Source: an uncultured Poribacteria bacterium (GTDB taxonomy: Bacteria; Poribacteria; WGA-4E; WGA-3G). Taken from it: a DNA stretch of 64,000 nucleotides. The notes under the pieces are model-generated. The model worked only from the letters and a program-made list of their open reading frames with translations, had not been told where the DNA came from and made no database searches. A program made the position numbers and the translations under genes. The stretch is from the NCBI GenBank assembly GCA_958296135.2, contig CATQHZ020000001.1:2688001-2752000 (forward strand), written 5' to 3'. Shown here piece by piece: positions 37,103-47,522 of this stretch (within the stretch, counting starts at the first letter, position 1; every line of letters begins with the position of its first letter).

Positions 37103-38926
37103 ATGGGCACTCAAGCGAAACTGTGGCAATCCCTCCCGGACGCGCCGGGGATTTATCTGATGAAAGCCTCTGATGGCACCGTCATCTATGTCGGTAAGGC
37201 ACTGCGCTTGCAGCAACGGGTGCGCTCCTATTATCAACGAAAGGGGACTTCGCTACCCACGACTGTGCAACTCATGCGATACGTCACGGAGATTGATTGT
37301 ATCGTGACAGAGACAGAAATTGATGCACTCATTCTGGAAAGCAACCTGATTAAGGCGCATCAGCCGCGCTACAACGTGAAACTGAAGGATGACAAGCGTT
37401 ATCCGTATCTGCGGGTGACGGTGAATGAGCCGTTCCCACGGATTCACATCACGCGCAATGCCGAAAACGATGGCACGCGGTATTTCGGTCCGTTCGTGCG
37501 CGTCCGCTCCACACGCCAGACGATGAAACAGTTGACGAAAATCTTCCCCATCCGCACGTGCAACCTGCCCCTTGCGGAGATAGGCAACCGATACCGGGTC
37601 TGCTTAGATTACCACATTGGGCGGTGTCCGGGGCCCTGCGCTGATAGAATCAGCGGGCAGGATTACAGCGAGATAGTTCAGAAAGTGTGCCAGTTCCTCG
37701 GTGGCAAGACAGATGCTGTCGTTAACCAATTGAAACAGCAGATGCAAGCCGCCGCCGCAGCACTCGATTTTGAGACAGCGGCAAAATATCGAGATACGCT
37801 CAACGACGTGCAACAGGCGATTACGACGCAGAGTCTGGATAACGTATCAGCAACAGATGAGGATGTCCTCGGGATTGCAGCGAAAAACGATGTCGCTTGT
37901 GTGCAGATATTGCGGGTGCGCGATGGAAAACTTCTTGAACGCGAGCATTACTACCTCAACGATGCGAACCCTGATTCACCCGCCGCTGCATTAGCCGCTT
38001 TCGTTAAGCAGTATTATCAGAACGCGGTCTTCGTGCCAAAGACAATTGCCTTGCCAACGCCGATTGAATCTGTGGAACTTATTGAGAAGTGGCTTACTGA
38101 AAAACGCGGCAACCGGGTCACGCTGCATGTGCCGAAAGCCGGGCGACTGCGACGCTTAGTGGCGATGGCGATGAAAAATGCCGACATTATCGTGACGCAA
38201 CACGAACAAAACGTGGTGTATAGCAGCGGCACGCATCCCGCGCTCGCCGAATTACAAGAACTGCTTGACTTGCCACAGCCGCTGCGGCGCATTGAAGCAT
38301 TTGACATCTCCAATCTCGGAGACCGGTTTGCCGTGGGTTCCATGGTAGTCATGGAGGATGGCGAGCCAGCTTCGGCGGAGTATCGGCGGTTTAAGATTCG
38401 CACCGTCAAGGGCCAGAACGATTTCGCGATGCTGAATGAAATGCTGACTCGCCGACTCCACCGAGCCGTCACACAAGACGAAAAATTTAGCAAATTGCCA
38501 GACCTGATGTTAATTGATGGTGGAAAAGGGCAGCTGAGTGCCGCGCAAGCCGCCATGCGTGCTTATGAAGCGCGCTTACCGCAAAAGATACCGATGATTG
38601 CACTTGCCAAACGGATTGAGGAGATTTTTGTGCCGGGGAAACCAGAACCGATAGTCCTGCGCAAGGATAACCCAACCCTGCATCTCATCCAGCGGTTACG
38701 AGATGAAGCGCATCGGTTCGCCGTGACGTATCATCGTAAACTCCGACAGAAGGCACTCAGCAAGTCGGTGTTAGACGAAATTCCAGACATCGGCCCGAAG
38801 CGGAAGCAGGCATTGCTCCAGCATTTCGGCTCGGTTGATGCGATTCGGGAGGCGAGTTTAGATGAACTTCTGTCTGTAAAAGGCATTCCGCGCCGCGTCG
38901 CCGAAAGACTCCGAAAGCATCTCTAG
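37103..38926 (+). CDS. uvrC: Excinuclease ABC subunit C
   Basis: PGIY..IYVGKA GIY-YIG, KDDKRYPY, UVR domain, RIEAFDIS, LIDGGKGQ, RDEAHRFA, HhH. Confidence 0.97.
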   Translation: MGTQAKLWQSLPDAPGIYLMKASDGTVIYVGKALRLQQRVRSYYQRKGTSLPTTVQLMRYVTEIDCIVTETEIDALILESNLIKAHQPRYNVKLKDDKRYPYLRVTVNEPFPRIHITRNAENDGTRYFGPFVRVRSTRQTMKQLTKIFPIRTCNLPLAEIGNRYRVCLDYHIGRCPGPCADRISGQDYSEIVQKVCQFLGGKTDAVVNQLKQQMQAAAAALDFETAAKYRDTLNDVQQAITTQSLDNVSATDEDVLGIAAKNDVACVQILRVRDGKLLEREHYYLNDANPDSPAAALAAFVKQYYQNAVFVPKTIALPTPIESVELIEKWLTEKRGNRVTLHVPKAGRLRRLVAMAMKNADIIVTQHEQNVVYSSGTHPALAELQELLDLPQPLRRIEAFDISNLGDRFAVGSMVVMEDGEPASAEYRRFKIRTVKGQNDFAMLNEMLTRRLHRAVTQDEKFSKLPDLMLIDGGKGQLSAAQAAMRAYEARLPQKIPMIALAKRIEEIFVPGKPEPIVLRKDNPTLHLIQRLRDEAHRFAVTYHRKLRQKALSKSVLDEIPDIGPKRKQALLQHFGSVDAIREASLDELLSVKGIPRRVAERLRKHL

Positions 38927-39232
38927 GAACAATGAAGCTGCCCGTGAACAATACCGTAGCGCGAGGGAAAACCTGTCCCTCGTAATCTTTCAGTCAAAAC
39001 ATGACAGATTGCGATGGATACAATATGTTCACGTTTGCCGCAAAACTTTTTGCCCCAATTTGTGCTCTCGCACCCGGCGTTTTGCACGTAATTGTGCATC
39101 TGAAACTGAAAATGAGCACAAGCGCGCCGTTTTTGTTGGCACCTTTCTTGCAACTTACAAAAAATAAGAACCAAAAACGTAGTCATCGACAACGTCGATG
39201 ACAGATATACGGAAAGAGAGGTTATTGCCCCA

Positions 39233-41902
39233 ATGATGCTAATTGAACGCTTTGCGTCAATACGAAACATCAAAATCATCAGTATTCTGCTCATCCTGCT
39301 CAGCGTTGCCGTGTTGCATGTCAAACTCTATCGGTTCGCCGAGGTGACACACGACGGTGTCTTGCAGGTACTCGTCTGCCTCGGCCGCGTCGTTGCGATA
39401 GACACCAGCGACGAGGCAGACCAGGTTTTAACGTTCCGCATCCTCTCCGGGCAGTTTCGCGGCGAGACGGTCGCGGTAAATAACATCTGGACCGGGCGCG
39501 CCTTCGGAGATCGCGTGCTCAGCCGCGGCGATGTGCTGTTCCTCGATATCCCTCTCCGCGACCCGAGCAACCCCACGCTTGACAACGTCCGGATGCGCGA
39601 ATACTTCCGTACCCCGTTCCTGCTTTATCTCGCTGGCGCGCTCGGCGTGCTGATGCTCCTCGTTGCAGGCATGAAAGGGGTGCGCGCGATTTTGACGCTT
39701 TTTGTCACCGCACTCGCCGTGCTTTACCTGCTCGTTCCGTTGACTATCGCTGGTTATAACCCTATCGCCATCGCGCTCGGCATCGCCGCCTTGCTGACAT
39801 TGACGACGTTCGTCCTGATTACTGGTTTCAGCTTCAAAGTGGTCTCCGGTGTACTCGGCACACTTGGAGGCTTGGCAGCGGTGGGCGTGCTGTCTGTGCT
39901 CAGCCAACATGCGATGGTGCTGACTGGACTCGCGCAAGAATTCGGCTTCCTAGAGCTCGGCATCGCACTGTGGCGGACACCGGAATCGCATCACTGGAAT
40001 TTCACCGGCATCCTTTCCGCCGGCATCATCCTCGGTGCTGTCGGCGCAATGATGGATGTCAGCATGTCCATCTCCTCAAGTGTGCATGAAGTCAAACAGG
40101 TAAACCCAAACATCACCGTGCGGCAATCCATCCGTGCGGGGTTGAACGTCGGCCGCGATATTATGGGAACGATGGCGGATACGCTCATCTTCGCCTACCT
40201 CGGGGCGCACATGATGACGATGCTCCTCCCGCGCATCGATTTCCCAGAGGCGGGTGTCCTCTACCCCTTCCTCAGGCTTGTCAACGACGAAGCCACCGCG
40301 GTCGCCATCATCCAAGCCGTCGTTGGCACAATTGGATTGGTGCTAACAGTGCCGATTGCGGCGACGATAGCCGGATTCCTCACCCAATACGCGAAAGTAG
40401 ACAAAACCGATATTCACGAAGACCTGCCTTCAGAAGAGGAGTTAGAGGAACTTTTCCGTGCCGATAACCCGCGCAGCGCATCTCGCATCGCCGTGCCGAT
40501 TGCGATGGTGCTGGTGCTAGTCGGCACGACTTTTGTTTACCATCGCGTCCAACGGAATTCCGCCACGATTCGCGAACAACGCGACGAACAGGGAGGCATC
40601 CTCACGCAGTCGGAGTATGCGAAGGGCAAAGTTATCCGATTGCTGGAATCTAGTGGCGATTTCCTTTTTACCGTATCGGATGAGAATGTCACCGCCAATC
40701 TGGACAACCGCGTCTTTTCACCTGCTTTGCGAGAGGCGTTTGAAAAGCACAACATCCCTATTTCCAATGAGGTCACGGTTTCCATCAAGCCGTGGAAAGA
40801 CAGCCGCTGGCTTCTCTCCGATGAAAAATACGAGCAAACCTATAGTGTTCGCGCGCCCCCCTATTTCCCCAACACCGTAGCGCGAGGGCCTGTCTCTGGC
40901 GAACCCTCGGTCTCGCAATTGCATGTCTACGATACCAAGATCGAGCATCATATCCTTGAAGTTGAGATGCTAAGCGGCATGTATGAAGAACAACGCATCG
41001 TCCTCCGAAACATCGTCAATCATAACATGCCGTTGCTGAGCATCCCTGCGGAGCCGGGAGATATCGTGCTGTGCCGCGTTGGCGGAGACCCCGAGCGCAT
41101 CGGGCTTGTCAACATCGTCCAAGAATATGGACGCGATGGATTTTTGGTATGGATGGTAGGCGGGATGTTGCTGCTCATCATCCTCGTCGGTAGAATTGAG
41201 GGTATCCGCACAGCGGGTGCCATGCTGATTTCGGCAACGGTTATTTACTTTTTTATGCTGCCGCTCATCTCGCAAGGCGCGAACGCCGTGTTTATCGTGA
41301 CGCTCACCTCCGGCGCGATTGCGTTCGTATCGCTCGTGTTCGTCATCGGTCCGAGCCGGAAGACGTTTTCCGCGGTGCTCGGCACGATGGGCGGCATCCT
41401 CGTCGCTGGGCTCATCGTCCTCTTCGCGCAACAGCACCTCCATTTTTCTGGGTTAGAAAACGCCATTTCAGCGGACATCGTCGAAGCGACGCGCACGCCG
41501 CCGTTTGACTTCGTGCAAATTTTGCTGGCAGGGATGTTGATGGGGGTATTAGGCGTAGCCGTTGATGGTGCGATTGAAGTCGCATCCAGCATGGAAGAAA
41601 TCCGGCGCGCGAATCCGAACATGCCGACGTGGCGGCTCATCGCCTCTGGGCTCAACGTCGGCACCGATATCCTCGGCACGATGGTAAACACATTAGTGTT
41701 TGCGTATCTCGGCGTAGAGTTGCTGCTCGTCATCACGATAGCTGCGCCGAACCTAGACTTTTTCAAGTCGCCGCCGGCGCAGTTATTGAGCATCGGCGTA
41801 GTGTCAGCGGAGATTGTGCGGTTGTTGGCAGGGACGTTGGGATTGGTGTTGGCCATTCCGATCACGGCGATGATCTGCGCGTTTTGGAATCCGAAGCGGT
41901 AG
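39233..41902 (+). CDS. YibE/F family membrane protein with two tandem YibE/F units
   Basis: GAMMDV...GLNVGRDIMGTM..TL.FAYLG and GLNVGTDILGTMVNTLVFAYLG; both end IGLVL..PI-like. Confidence 0.85.
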   Translation: MMLIERFASIRNIKIISILLILLSVAVLHVKLYRFAEVTHDGVLQVLVCLGRVVAIDTSDEADQVLTFRILSGQFRGETVAVNNIWTGRAFGDRVLSRGDVLFLDIPLRDPSNPTLDNVRMREYFRTPFLLYLAGALGVLMLLVAGMKGVRAILTLFVTALAVLYLLVPLTIAGYNPIAIALGIAALLTLTTFVLITGFSFKVVSGVLGTLGGLAAVGVLSVLSQHAMVLTGLAQEFGFLELGIALWRTPESHHWNFTGILSAGIILGAVGAMMDVSMSISSSVHEVKQVNPNITVRQSIRAGLNVGRDIMGTMADTLIFAYLGAHMMTMLLPRIDFPEAGVLYPFLRLVNDEATAVAIIQAVVGTIGLVLTVPIAATIAGFLTQYAKVDKTDIHEDLPSEEELEELFRADNPRSASRIAVPIAMVLVLVGTTFVYHRVQRNSATIREQRDEQGGILTQSEYAKGKVIRLLESSGDFLFTVSDENVTANLDNRVFSPALREAFEKHNIPISNEVTVSIKPWKDSRWLLSDEKYEQTYSVRAPPYFPNTVARGPVSGEPSVSQLHVYDTKIEHHILEVEMLSGMYEEQRIVLRNIVNHNMPLLSIPAEPGDIVLCRVGGDPERIGLVNIVQEYGRDGFLVWMVGGMLLLIILVGRIEGIRTAGAMLISATVIYFFMLPLISQGANAVFIVTLTSGAIAFVSLVFVIGPSRKTFSAVLGTMGGILVAGLIVLFAQQHLHFSGLENAISADIVEATRTPPFDFVQILLAGMLMGVLGVAVDGAIEVASSMEEIRRANPNMPTWRLIASGLNVGTDILGTMVNTLVFAYLGVELLLVITIAAPNLDFFKSPPAQLLSIGVVSAEIVRLLAGTLGLVLAIPITAMICAFWNPKR

Positions 41903-41952
41903 AGGCGGTTTCCGCAGCGGAGGCTGCTCATCCGCTGCGGAAATGTGAAGGG

Positions 41953-44900
41953 CTAGAACTCTCTTTCTTCGCCAATCTTGGCATGTTCAATGCCCCCATC
42001 CAGTTCTTCCACGTATTCATCAATCCATCGTTTGACATTTGCATCACCTTCAGTCTCTCTGATGCGAAGCAGCTTCTCTCTTTTCCGATCAAAGTGCAAG
42101 CTGCGATCCCCAGTCCAAGATTCCGTGGAATAATTTGCGCGCAGGTTCCTGCGGACATCTTCCCGTTCGCCATAACGAACGAGCGTTGCCCGCGCGAAAG
42201 AATTTGGCCATTCTTCGACAGAAAGGGTGTGGGGAACGAGTCTGTATGCGAAATACCACGCCCGGTTTTCCACGTCCTGATTAACCCATTCCCAAATTTT
42301 TTCGCGTGGGATGAAGGATAACGTTCCTCCTTCTTCCTCGATTGACGATGAATAGCTCCCCGTGAGCCAACTTTCTAGGGACGAAAAGCAGTTTTCCGGT
42401 CCCAAGTGTTTGCTCACGAGCCCCCACACGACTGCAGGGTAGCGTTTCGTGATCTCAGTAAGCACCGATTCAGCATCGGTATTGATTCCGCCAACGATGG
42501 TGCCCCTCTCACCGAAGTGAGCAACCATTAACGCTACAAGCTCCAAACTCTTTTCTGGCCAGCGATTTAGGAACGTTTTCCCAATTTCCGCCCAGAAGTG
42601 GTATGTCATTGCAATATTAAAAGGGGCTCCATCCGATTCTTCAAATAGCACCGGATGAGCAAGCAATCGGTACGCCAATTCAAGCCGCAAGGCTCGGTTT
42701 TCCCGCTCGTGAATATAGTAGAAATAATACAACGGGATTGCAATTGAGATAGCTAACTTATCCGAGCAAGTCAGCAAGAACTCAATCCATGCTGTGAACG
42801 TTTCGTCGGACAAGTTGTCAATAATCTTGCCAGCGACAAAAAGTCCGAAGGCATTGGTACCAATAACCCCCTTTTTGGCAAGAGTGAGGAGGCGCGAACC
42901 AGCGCGATCTGTCAGGCCTGAATATTGCGTCAGTTCTGGAACCAACACATTCAAAGTGGTATCTTCACTTAACGTATCAAGTTGTTCTTCCCACTGTGCC
43001 ACGTCACTCTCAAACATCGTGCGGAAATAGCAGCCGAGAAAAAAGCCGCTTGCATCTTCTCCCGCGTTGCGTTGGGCATCCAGGAGAATTGGCAGCAGGG
43101 AAAAACCGTCGTCCCTATTCCCGAGCGCATATCCAAAGGTTCCCGCATTCTGTGCCGCCGTCGTGACGAGCCACGGCAGTTCTGTTCGTAAAAGAGATGG
43201 ATTCTCAATAGCTTGCTGCGCGAGGTTATGGACTTGCGGATGGCCGTGTTCAAGGTAATTTTTGTTTTCGTCAAACAGGTCCTCCTGCAAGGCCATCCCA
43301 ACATACCGGCGCATGAGGGACTGAAAATCATCTGGAACTAAGCTATCCCTGAGTTGCTCCCAGTGTTTTCGGGTTCCGTCAGGCAAGTCTTCGGCGGCAC
43401 CGCGAAGAAAGTCAACAACGGTTTTGATGAGTTGCTTTTCATCAACCAACGCCTCTTCCGCGAGCATCCGAAGCGTCTCCACAATCATATCGCTCAGATT
43501 CGCTATCTGTCCGAGTCCGTGGGCTTGCACAAGCAGAATGTTTGCGCCGTTTTTTTGTTCCTCCTCTGGCAAACGAGGCAATTGTTCGGCCAGAAGGTGC
43601 CAGACACGGCGGTAGGCATCAAAAAATTCGCCGCATGTCTGCGGATTCCAAAGTTGAGGTTCCTTGCGCAAGCCTTGATATTCTGGCCCCGCCATCCGCG
43701 AAAAACGCCTGGATTCTAACGCTACATCGCAAGCTTTCAACGCCAGCGCGCGTCTCTCCTTTGAACCCGATTCAAACGCCTCTTTCAAGATAGGAAACCG
43801 TTCTTCTGGAGAAGCCTCAGTAGGCGCGACTGGGCCGTATCCCGGCGAAAAGAGCCCCGCGAATACGCCGCTGGCGTTGTTTCTGCAAGTTTCATTCTCT
43901 GCTTCGCCGAGGGCGAGGAGCAACCGCGCTGCATCCGCAAACTGCTCACGCCACATGGCAATCTTTTCAAGAGCCCAGATCACATGCCTTCGTCCCTCTG
44001 TGAATTGCAACAGCGTCTCTTTATCCCAGGTGCCCAGCGTTCGTGTCAGGCACCTTAAGGCAGATTTCGGATCCGCTTCAGTCAGTGCCGAAAAAAAACG
44101 GCTACCCAACCTTGTGTTCAGATACGCATCATCCTGAAATGGCCCATCCGGACTGAGGAGGTCTTTGACGATTCTTGACGCAGCATCCGACTCGGCGGCG
44201 TACTGAAACATCTCATAGAACCACTCAACCAACTCCGATTTTAAGCCTTGGGTGAATTCCTCAAGATTGAAGAGCCGCCCATAAGTGTCCCACCACTCTG
44301 TCCATAACTTGATATGGAGTGCCTTTGGGGTGATGTAAAGCGTAAACTCGCCTTGCAGGATTTTGCGGTCTCTTAGCTCTTTAACAATTTCCTGAAAGTC
44401 TATCCAGGGAACCTTCGCCTTTTTGGCGATAGATTGGGCTTCAGCGATAACCGATCGCTCAAAACCGAACCGTTTAAAGAGCGCAAGGTGTCGAAGCACT
44501 CGCTGACGCTGTTTGACTTTTTGGCTGGCTGGATCGTCGTTCCCGGCAACGTAACGTCCCCAAATATCGACCGTGCTCGGCGTTTTTAGCACGTCATCTG
44601 GATGCCTCACCAAGTTCCCCGCGATGACATGCGCGACTCTCGGAGAGCCGCTACAGAGTTCAGCCCAACGATCGGCTTGGAAATCCAAAATAGGCATATA
44701 GTTCTGGATGATTCGGCGAATTTGCTCGTTATCAAGCGGCGGTATGTCATGGTAGATGATACCCCCGGACCTCGCCTCGTAATCATTAGAGATAGTAACC
44801 AATTTGATCCGCGCACCGCGATATTTGAGTTTATTCCAGATATCAAAACTGCGACCCGAATCGCACTCGTCAATCACCAAAATGGCGGTGAATGGGTTAT

Positions 44901-45747
44901 CGTCCCGGACGAGTTCATTCATCAAAACGCTATTCCGAAACTGAGCCGCGGTGCAATAGACAACCAGCGGCACTAAATCTTCTGCAGCCCGTGTGGCCTC
45001 AAAAACCAGCCTCGTTTTGCCGATGCCGGGTTCCCCCAACACACGCACATGAACCGTATCATCGTTCTGCCGCAGTTCATTTTGGATTTGTGAAATCAAC
45101 TCGTTCTGTGCTTGCCCTGGGACAAATTCAACACGCATGTCTGCATTTTGCGACCAGCTCTGATGCGTCTGAAACTGCGCATGACTGCGTCCATTAACTT
45201 GCAGTGCCAACGATGGAAACTCGTTAAGAAAACCGATTAAAGTGTTCTGGCCCCACACCTCAATCTTGGGATTTTGATAACCACATCTTTCGTTTAGAAG
45301 GGACTTGATGTGACAGAGAGCCTTGCTACGCTGGCTAGCAGAAAGTTCAATACCGGTGCAAACCAAAACGTAAGTGCCATTATCATCAAGACAGGCCTTG
45401 ATGCTTTCTCCAAGTTTTTTTGGCCGGCTTTTTGTGCCGAAGAATTCCTTAAGGATTTCGGATTTTTGCGACGGTTTGAACTCACCGGCTTTAATTTGGT
45501 AACTGGTCTTCCCGGGCTTAATTAGCCCGTTTTCCTCGGTGATTTGAGCATCATCAACGGTAGCATCAACCCCACCATCTTGGACATTAACCCAACTGGG
45601 ACCGGGGACGTTAATCTTATTGATTCCTAGCCCGATCTTGTGGGCTTCGGCCCAAAGCAACTGCTGAAAGAAATCAACCGCTGCCCGATCATTAAGCCGG
45701 CCGAGGTCTTCATTTGTTACGGTGAAAATGTTATGGTGATTCATCAC
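41953..45747 (-). CDS. Putative defence NTPase: PD-(D/E)xK-like nuclease + STAND-like P-loop + long helical C-terminus
   Basis: DGGVDA...YQIKAG; Walker A GEPGIGKT; Walker B ILVIDEC; GSP motif; 1264 aa. Confidence 0.7.
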   Translation of the reverse strand: MMNHHNIFTVTNEDLGRLNDRAAVDFFQQLLWAEAHKIGLGINKINVPGPSWVNVQDGGVDATVDDAQITEENGLIKPGKTSYQIKAGEFKPSQKSEILKEFFGTKSRPKKLGESIKACLDDNGTYVLVCTGIELSASQRSKALCHIKSLLNERCGYQNPKIEVWGQNTLIGFLNEFPSLALQVNGRSHAQFQTHQSWSQNADMRVEFVPGQAQNELISQIQNELRQNDDTVHVRVLGEPGIGKTRLVFEATRAAEDLVPLVVYCTAAQFRNSVLMNELVRDDNPFTAILVIDECDSGRSFDIWNKLKYRGARIKLVTISNDYEARSGGIIYHDIPPLDNEQIRRIIQNYMPILDFQADRWAELCSGSPRVAHVIAGNLVRHPDDVLKTPSTVDIWGRYVAGNDDPASQKVKQRQRVLRHLALFKRFGFERSVIAEAQSIAKKAKVPWIDFQEIVKELRDRKILQGEFTLYITPKALHIKLWTEWWDTYGRLFNLEEFTQGLKSELVEWFYEMFQYAAESDAASRIVKDLLSPDGPFQDDAYLNTRLGSRFFSALTEADPKSALRCLTRTLGTWDKETLLQFTEGRRHVIWALEKIAMWREQFADAARLLLALGEAENETCRNNASGVFAGLFSPGYGPVAPTEASPEERFPILKEAFESGSKERRALALKACDVALESRRFSRMAGPEYQGLRKEPQLWNPQTCGEFFDAYRRVWHLLAEQLPRLPEEEQKNGANILLVQAHGLGQIANLSDMIVETLRMLAEEALVDEKQLIKTVVDFLRGAAEDLPDGTRKHWEQLRDSLVPDDFQSLMRRYVGMALQEDLFDENKNYLEHGHPQVHNLAQQAIENPSLLRTELPWLVTTAAQNAGTFGYALGNRDDGFSLLPILLDAQRNAGEDASGFFLGCYFRTMFESDVAQWEEQLDTLSEDTTLNVLVPELTQYSGLTDRAGSRLLTLAKKGVIGTNAFGLFVAGKIIDNLSDETFTAWIEFLLTCSDKLAISIAIPLYYFYYIHERENRALRLELAYRLLAHPVLFEESDGAPFNIAMTYHFWAEIGKTFLNRWPEKSLELVALMVAHFGERGTIVGGINTDAESVLTEITKRYPAVVWGLVSKHLGPENCFSSLESWLTGSYSSSIEEEGGTLSFIPREKIWEWVNQDVENRAWYFAYRLVPHTLSVEEWPNSFARATLVRYGEREDVRRNLRANYSTESWTGDRSLHFDRKREKLLRIRETEGDANVKRWIDEYVEELDGGIEHAKIGEEREF

Positions 45748-45775
45748 TTCACTCCAAAAGATTTAGGATATAAAT

Positions 45776-45805
45776 AGGATACCACATTTCGCGCTTCCAT
45801 GTCAA
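45776..45805 (-). promoter_or_regulatory. Sigma70-like promoter of the NTPase gene
   Basis: Minus strand TTGACA-18-TATCCT with extended -10 TG. Confidence 0.55.
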
Positions 45806-45844
45806 ATTAATTTCAACGCAGTGTTTTTGCGCGATAAAATTTGA

Positions 45845-47410
45845 CTATTCAAGAAGCCGAAGAGTTCGCTGAATGCTGGCTTTAAGGCTCTCATCGCCAG
45901 TCTTTTCCGCGAGCCTCAATGCAGTCCACAAATCCTGCTTCGCTTCCCAAGTCCGACCTAGCAAAGCCTTCGCGAGTCCCCGACTGTAATAGGCAAGGAC
46001 AAAATCGGGTTTGAGGCGAATCGCTTGGGTGTAATCAGAGATGGATGCCTCATATTGCTCCAGATTAGCCTTCGCACTTCCCCGATTGTTGTAGGCAGCG
46101 GCATTATCGGGTTTGAGGTGAATCGCCATATCATAGTCGGAGATAGCAGGAAAGTATTGCTCCAGATTAGCCTTCGCATTTCCCCGATTGTAGTAGGCAG
46201 CGGCATCATCGGGTTTCAGACGAATTGCTATATCGTAATCAGAGATGGCGGCAAAGTATTGCTCCAGATTAGCCTTCGCACTTCCCCGATTGTTGTAGGC
46301 AGCGGCATTATCGGGTTTGAGGTGAATCGCCATATCATAGTCGGAGATAGCAGGAAAGTATTGCTCCAGATTAGCCTTCGCATTTCCCCGATTGTAGTAG
46401 GCAGCGGCATCATCGGGTTTCAGACGAATTGCTATATCGTAATCAGAGATGGCGGCAAAGTATTGCTTCAGACTATACTTCGCGACTCCCCGATTGTAGT
46501 AGGCAGCGGCATCATCAGGTTTAAGGCGAATCGCCATATCATAATCAGCAATGGCAGCAGCATATTGCTCCAGATTATACTTCGCACCTCCCCGATTGTA
46601 GTAGGCTACAGCATCATCGGGTTTGAGGCGAATCGCCATATCATAATCAGCAATGGCGGCATGATACAGTCCCAACTCATATTTCGCATGTCCCCAACTG
46701 AAGTAAGTCTCCGCAGATATGGATCGGCTATTCTGCAACAAAGGTTTCGCAGGACGCGCCTTCGCAAGCAATGCCTTCAAATAGTTTGATGGAATCGCAA
46801 AATTCAGATTCTGCGCGTCAAGCGCACGATGAACCGAAACCGAAATCCCGATAACCTCTCCCTCGCTATTCAGCACAGGTCCGCCGCTACTGCCCGGTGA
46901 AATGGGTGCTGTCATCTGAAGCCGCTTTTTCGGATAGCTTTCTCGGCGGCTGATGATGCCGTTGGAGAAGGTGCCTTCCAACCCTTTCGGGTTGCCAGCG
47001 ACGTAGACTGTCGCTCCGATATTCACGGTATCGCTGTCGCCGAGGGGTAACGGGGTGACTCCATACGCGGTGACTTTCAGAACAGCGAGATCGTTGTCCT
47101 TATCGGTGGCGACGATGCCTTCAATTTTATACCGCGTGTATTTGCCGACTAACTTAGCGGTGCCTTGTGCTGCGCCTTCAATAACGTGGAAGTTGGTGGC
47201 AATCTGGTTCGGTTTGACGAAGAAGCCGCTGCCAAAACCGAGCGTCTTGCCGGTGCTGTCTTTCATCTCTAAATAGACGGTGGCGGCTAACGCTTTCTGG
47301 GCAATCTGCTCGGTGGTTAAGGCGGATGCGCCAGTTGTTATGGAGAAGAAAAGCAGTGCCGCGATGATGTAAGGGAGTCGTCTCCACAAGAATTCGGTTT
47401 TGTAGTTCAC
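45845..47410 (-). CDS. Secreted trypsin-like serine protease with about 8 TPR repeats
   Basis: Signal peptide; GSGF, TNFHV, DLAVL, ISPGSSGGP triad; TPRs with an exact 68-aa (204-bp) duplication. Confidence 0.92.
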   Translation of the reverse strand: MNYKTEFLWRRLPYIIAALLFFSITTGASALTTEQIAQKALAATVYLEMKDSTGKTLGFGSGFFVKPNQIATNFHVIEGAAQGTAKLVGKYTRYKIEGIVATDKDNDLAVLKVTAYGVTPLPLGDSDTVNIGATVYVAGNPKGLEGTFSNGIISRRESYPKKRLQMTAPISPGSSGGPVLNSEGEVIGISVSVHRALDAQNLNFAIPSNYLKALLAKARPAKPLLQNSRSISAETYFSWGHAKYELGLYHAAIADYDMAIRLKPDDAVAYYNRGGAKYNLEQYAAAIADYDMAIRLKPDDAAAYYNRGVAKYSLKQYFAAISDYDIAIRLKPDDAAAYYNRGNAKANLEQYFPAISDYDMAIHLKPDNAAAYNNRGSAKANLEQYFAAISDYDIAIRLKPDDAAAYYNRGNAKANLEQYFPAISDYDMAIHLKPDNAAAYNNRGSAKANLEQYEASISDYTQAIRLKPDFVLAYYSRGLAKALLGRTWEAKQDLWTALRLAEKTGDESLKASIQRTLRLLE

Positions 47411-47437
47411 CTGGGTCTCCTTTTTGGATCGGGAGAT

Positions 47438-47504
47438 TGCGAGGGACAGGTTTTCCCTCGCGCCACGGGTTAATACGGTTCCGGCTCAGGCGAGCCAGAA
47501 CTAC
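47438..47504. repeat. REP-like family B unit plus family D unit (GTAGTTCTGGCTCGCCTGAGCCGG, minus strand)
   Basis: Palindromes at 47438-47466 and 47481-47504. Confidence 0.7.
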
Positions 47505-47522
47505 AGACGGTGATGCTACCTC

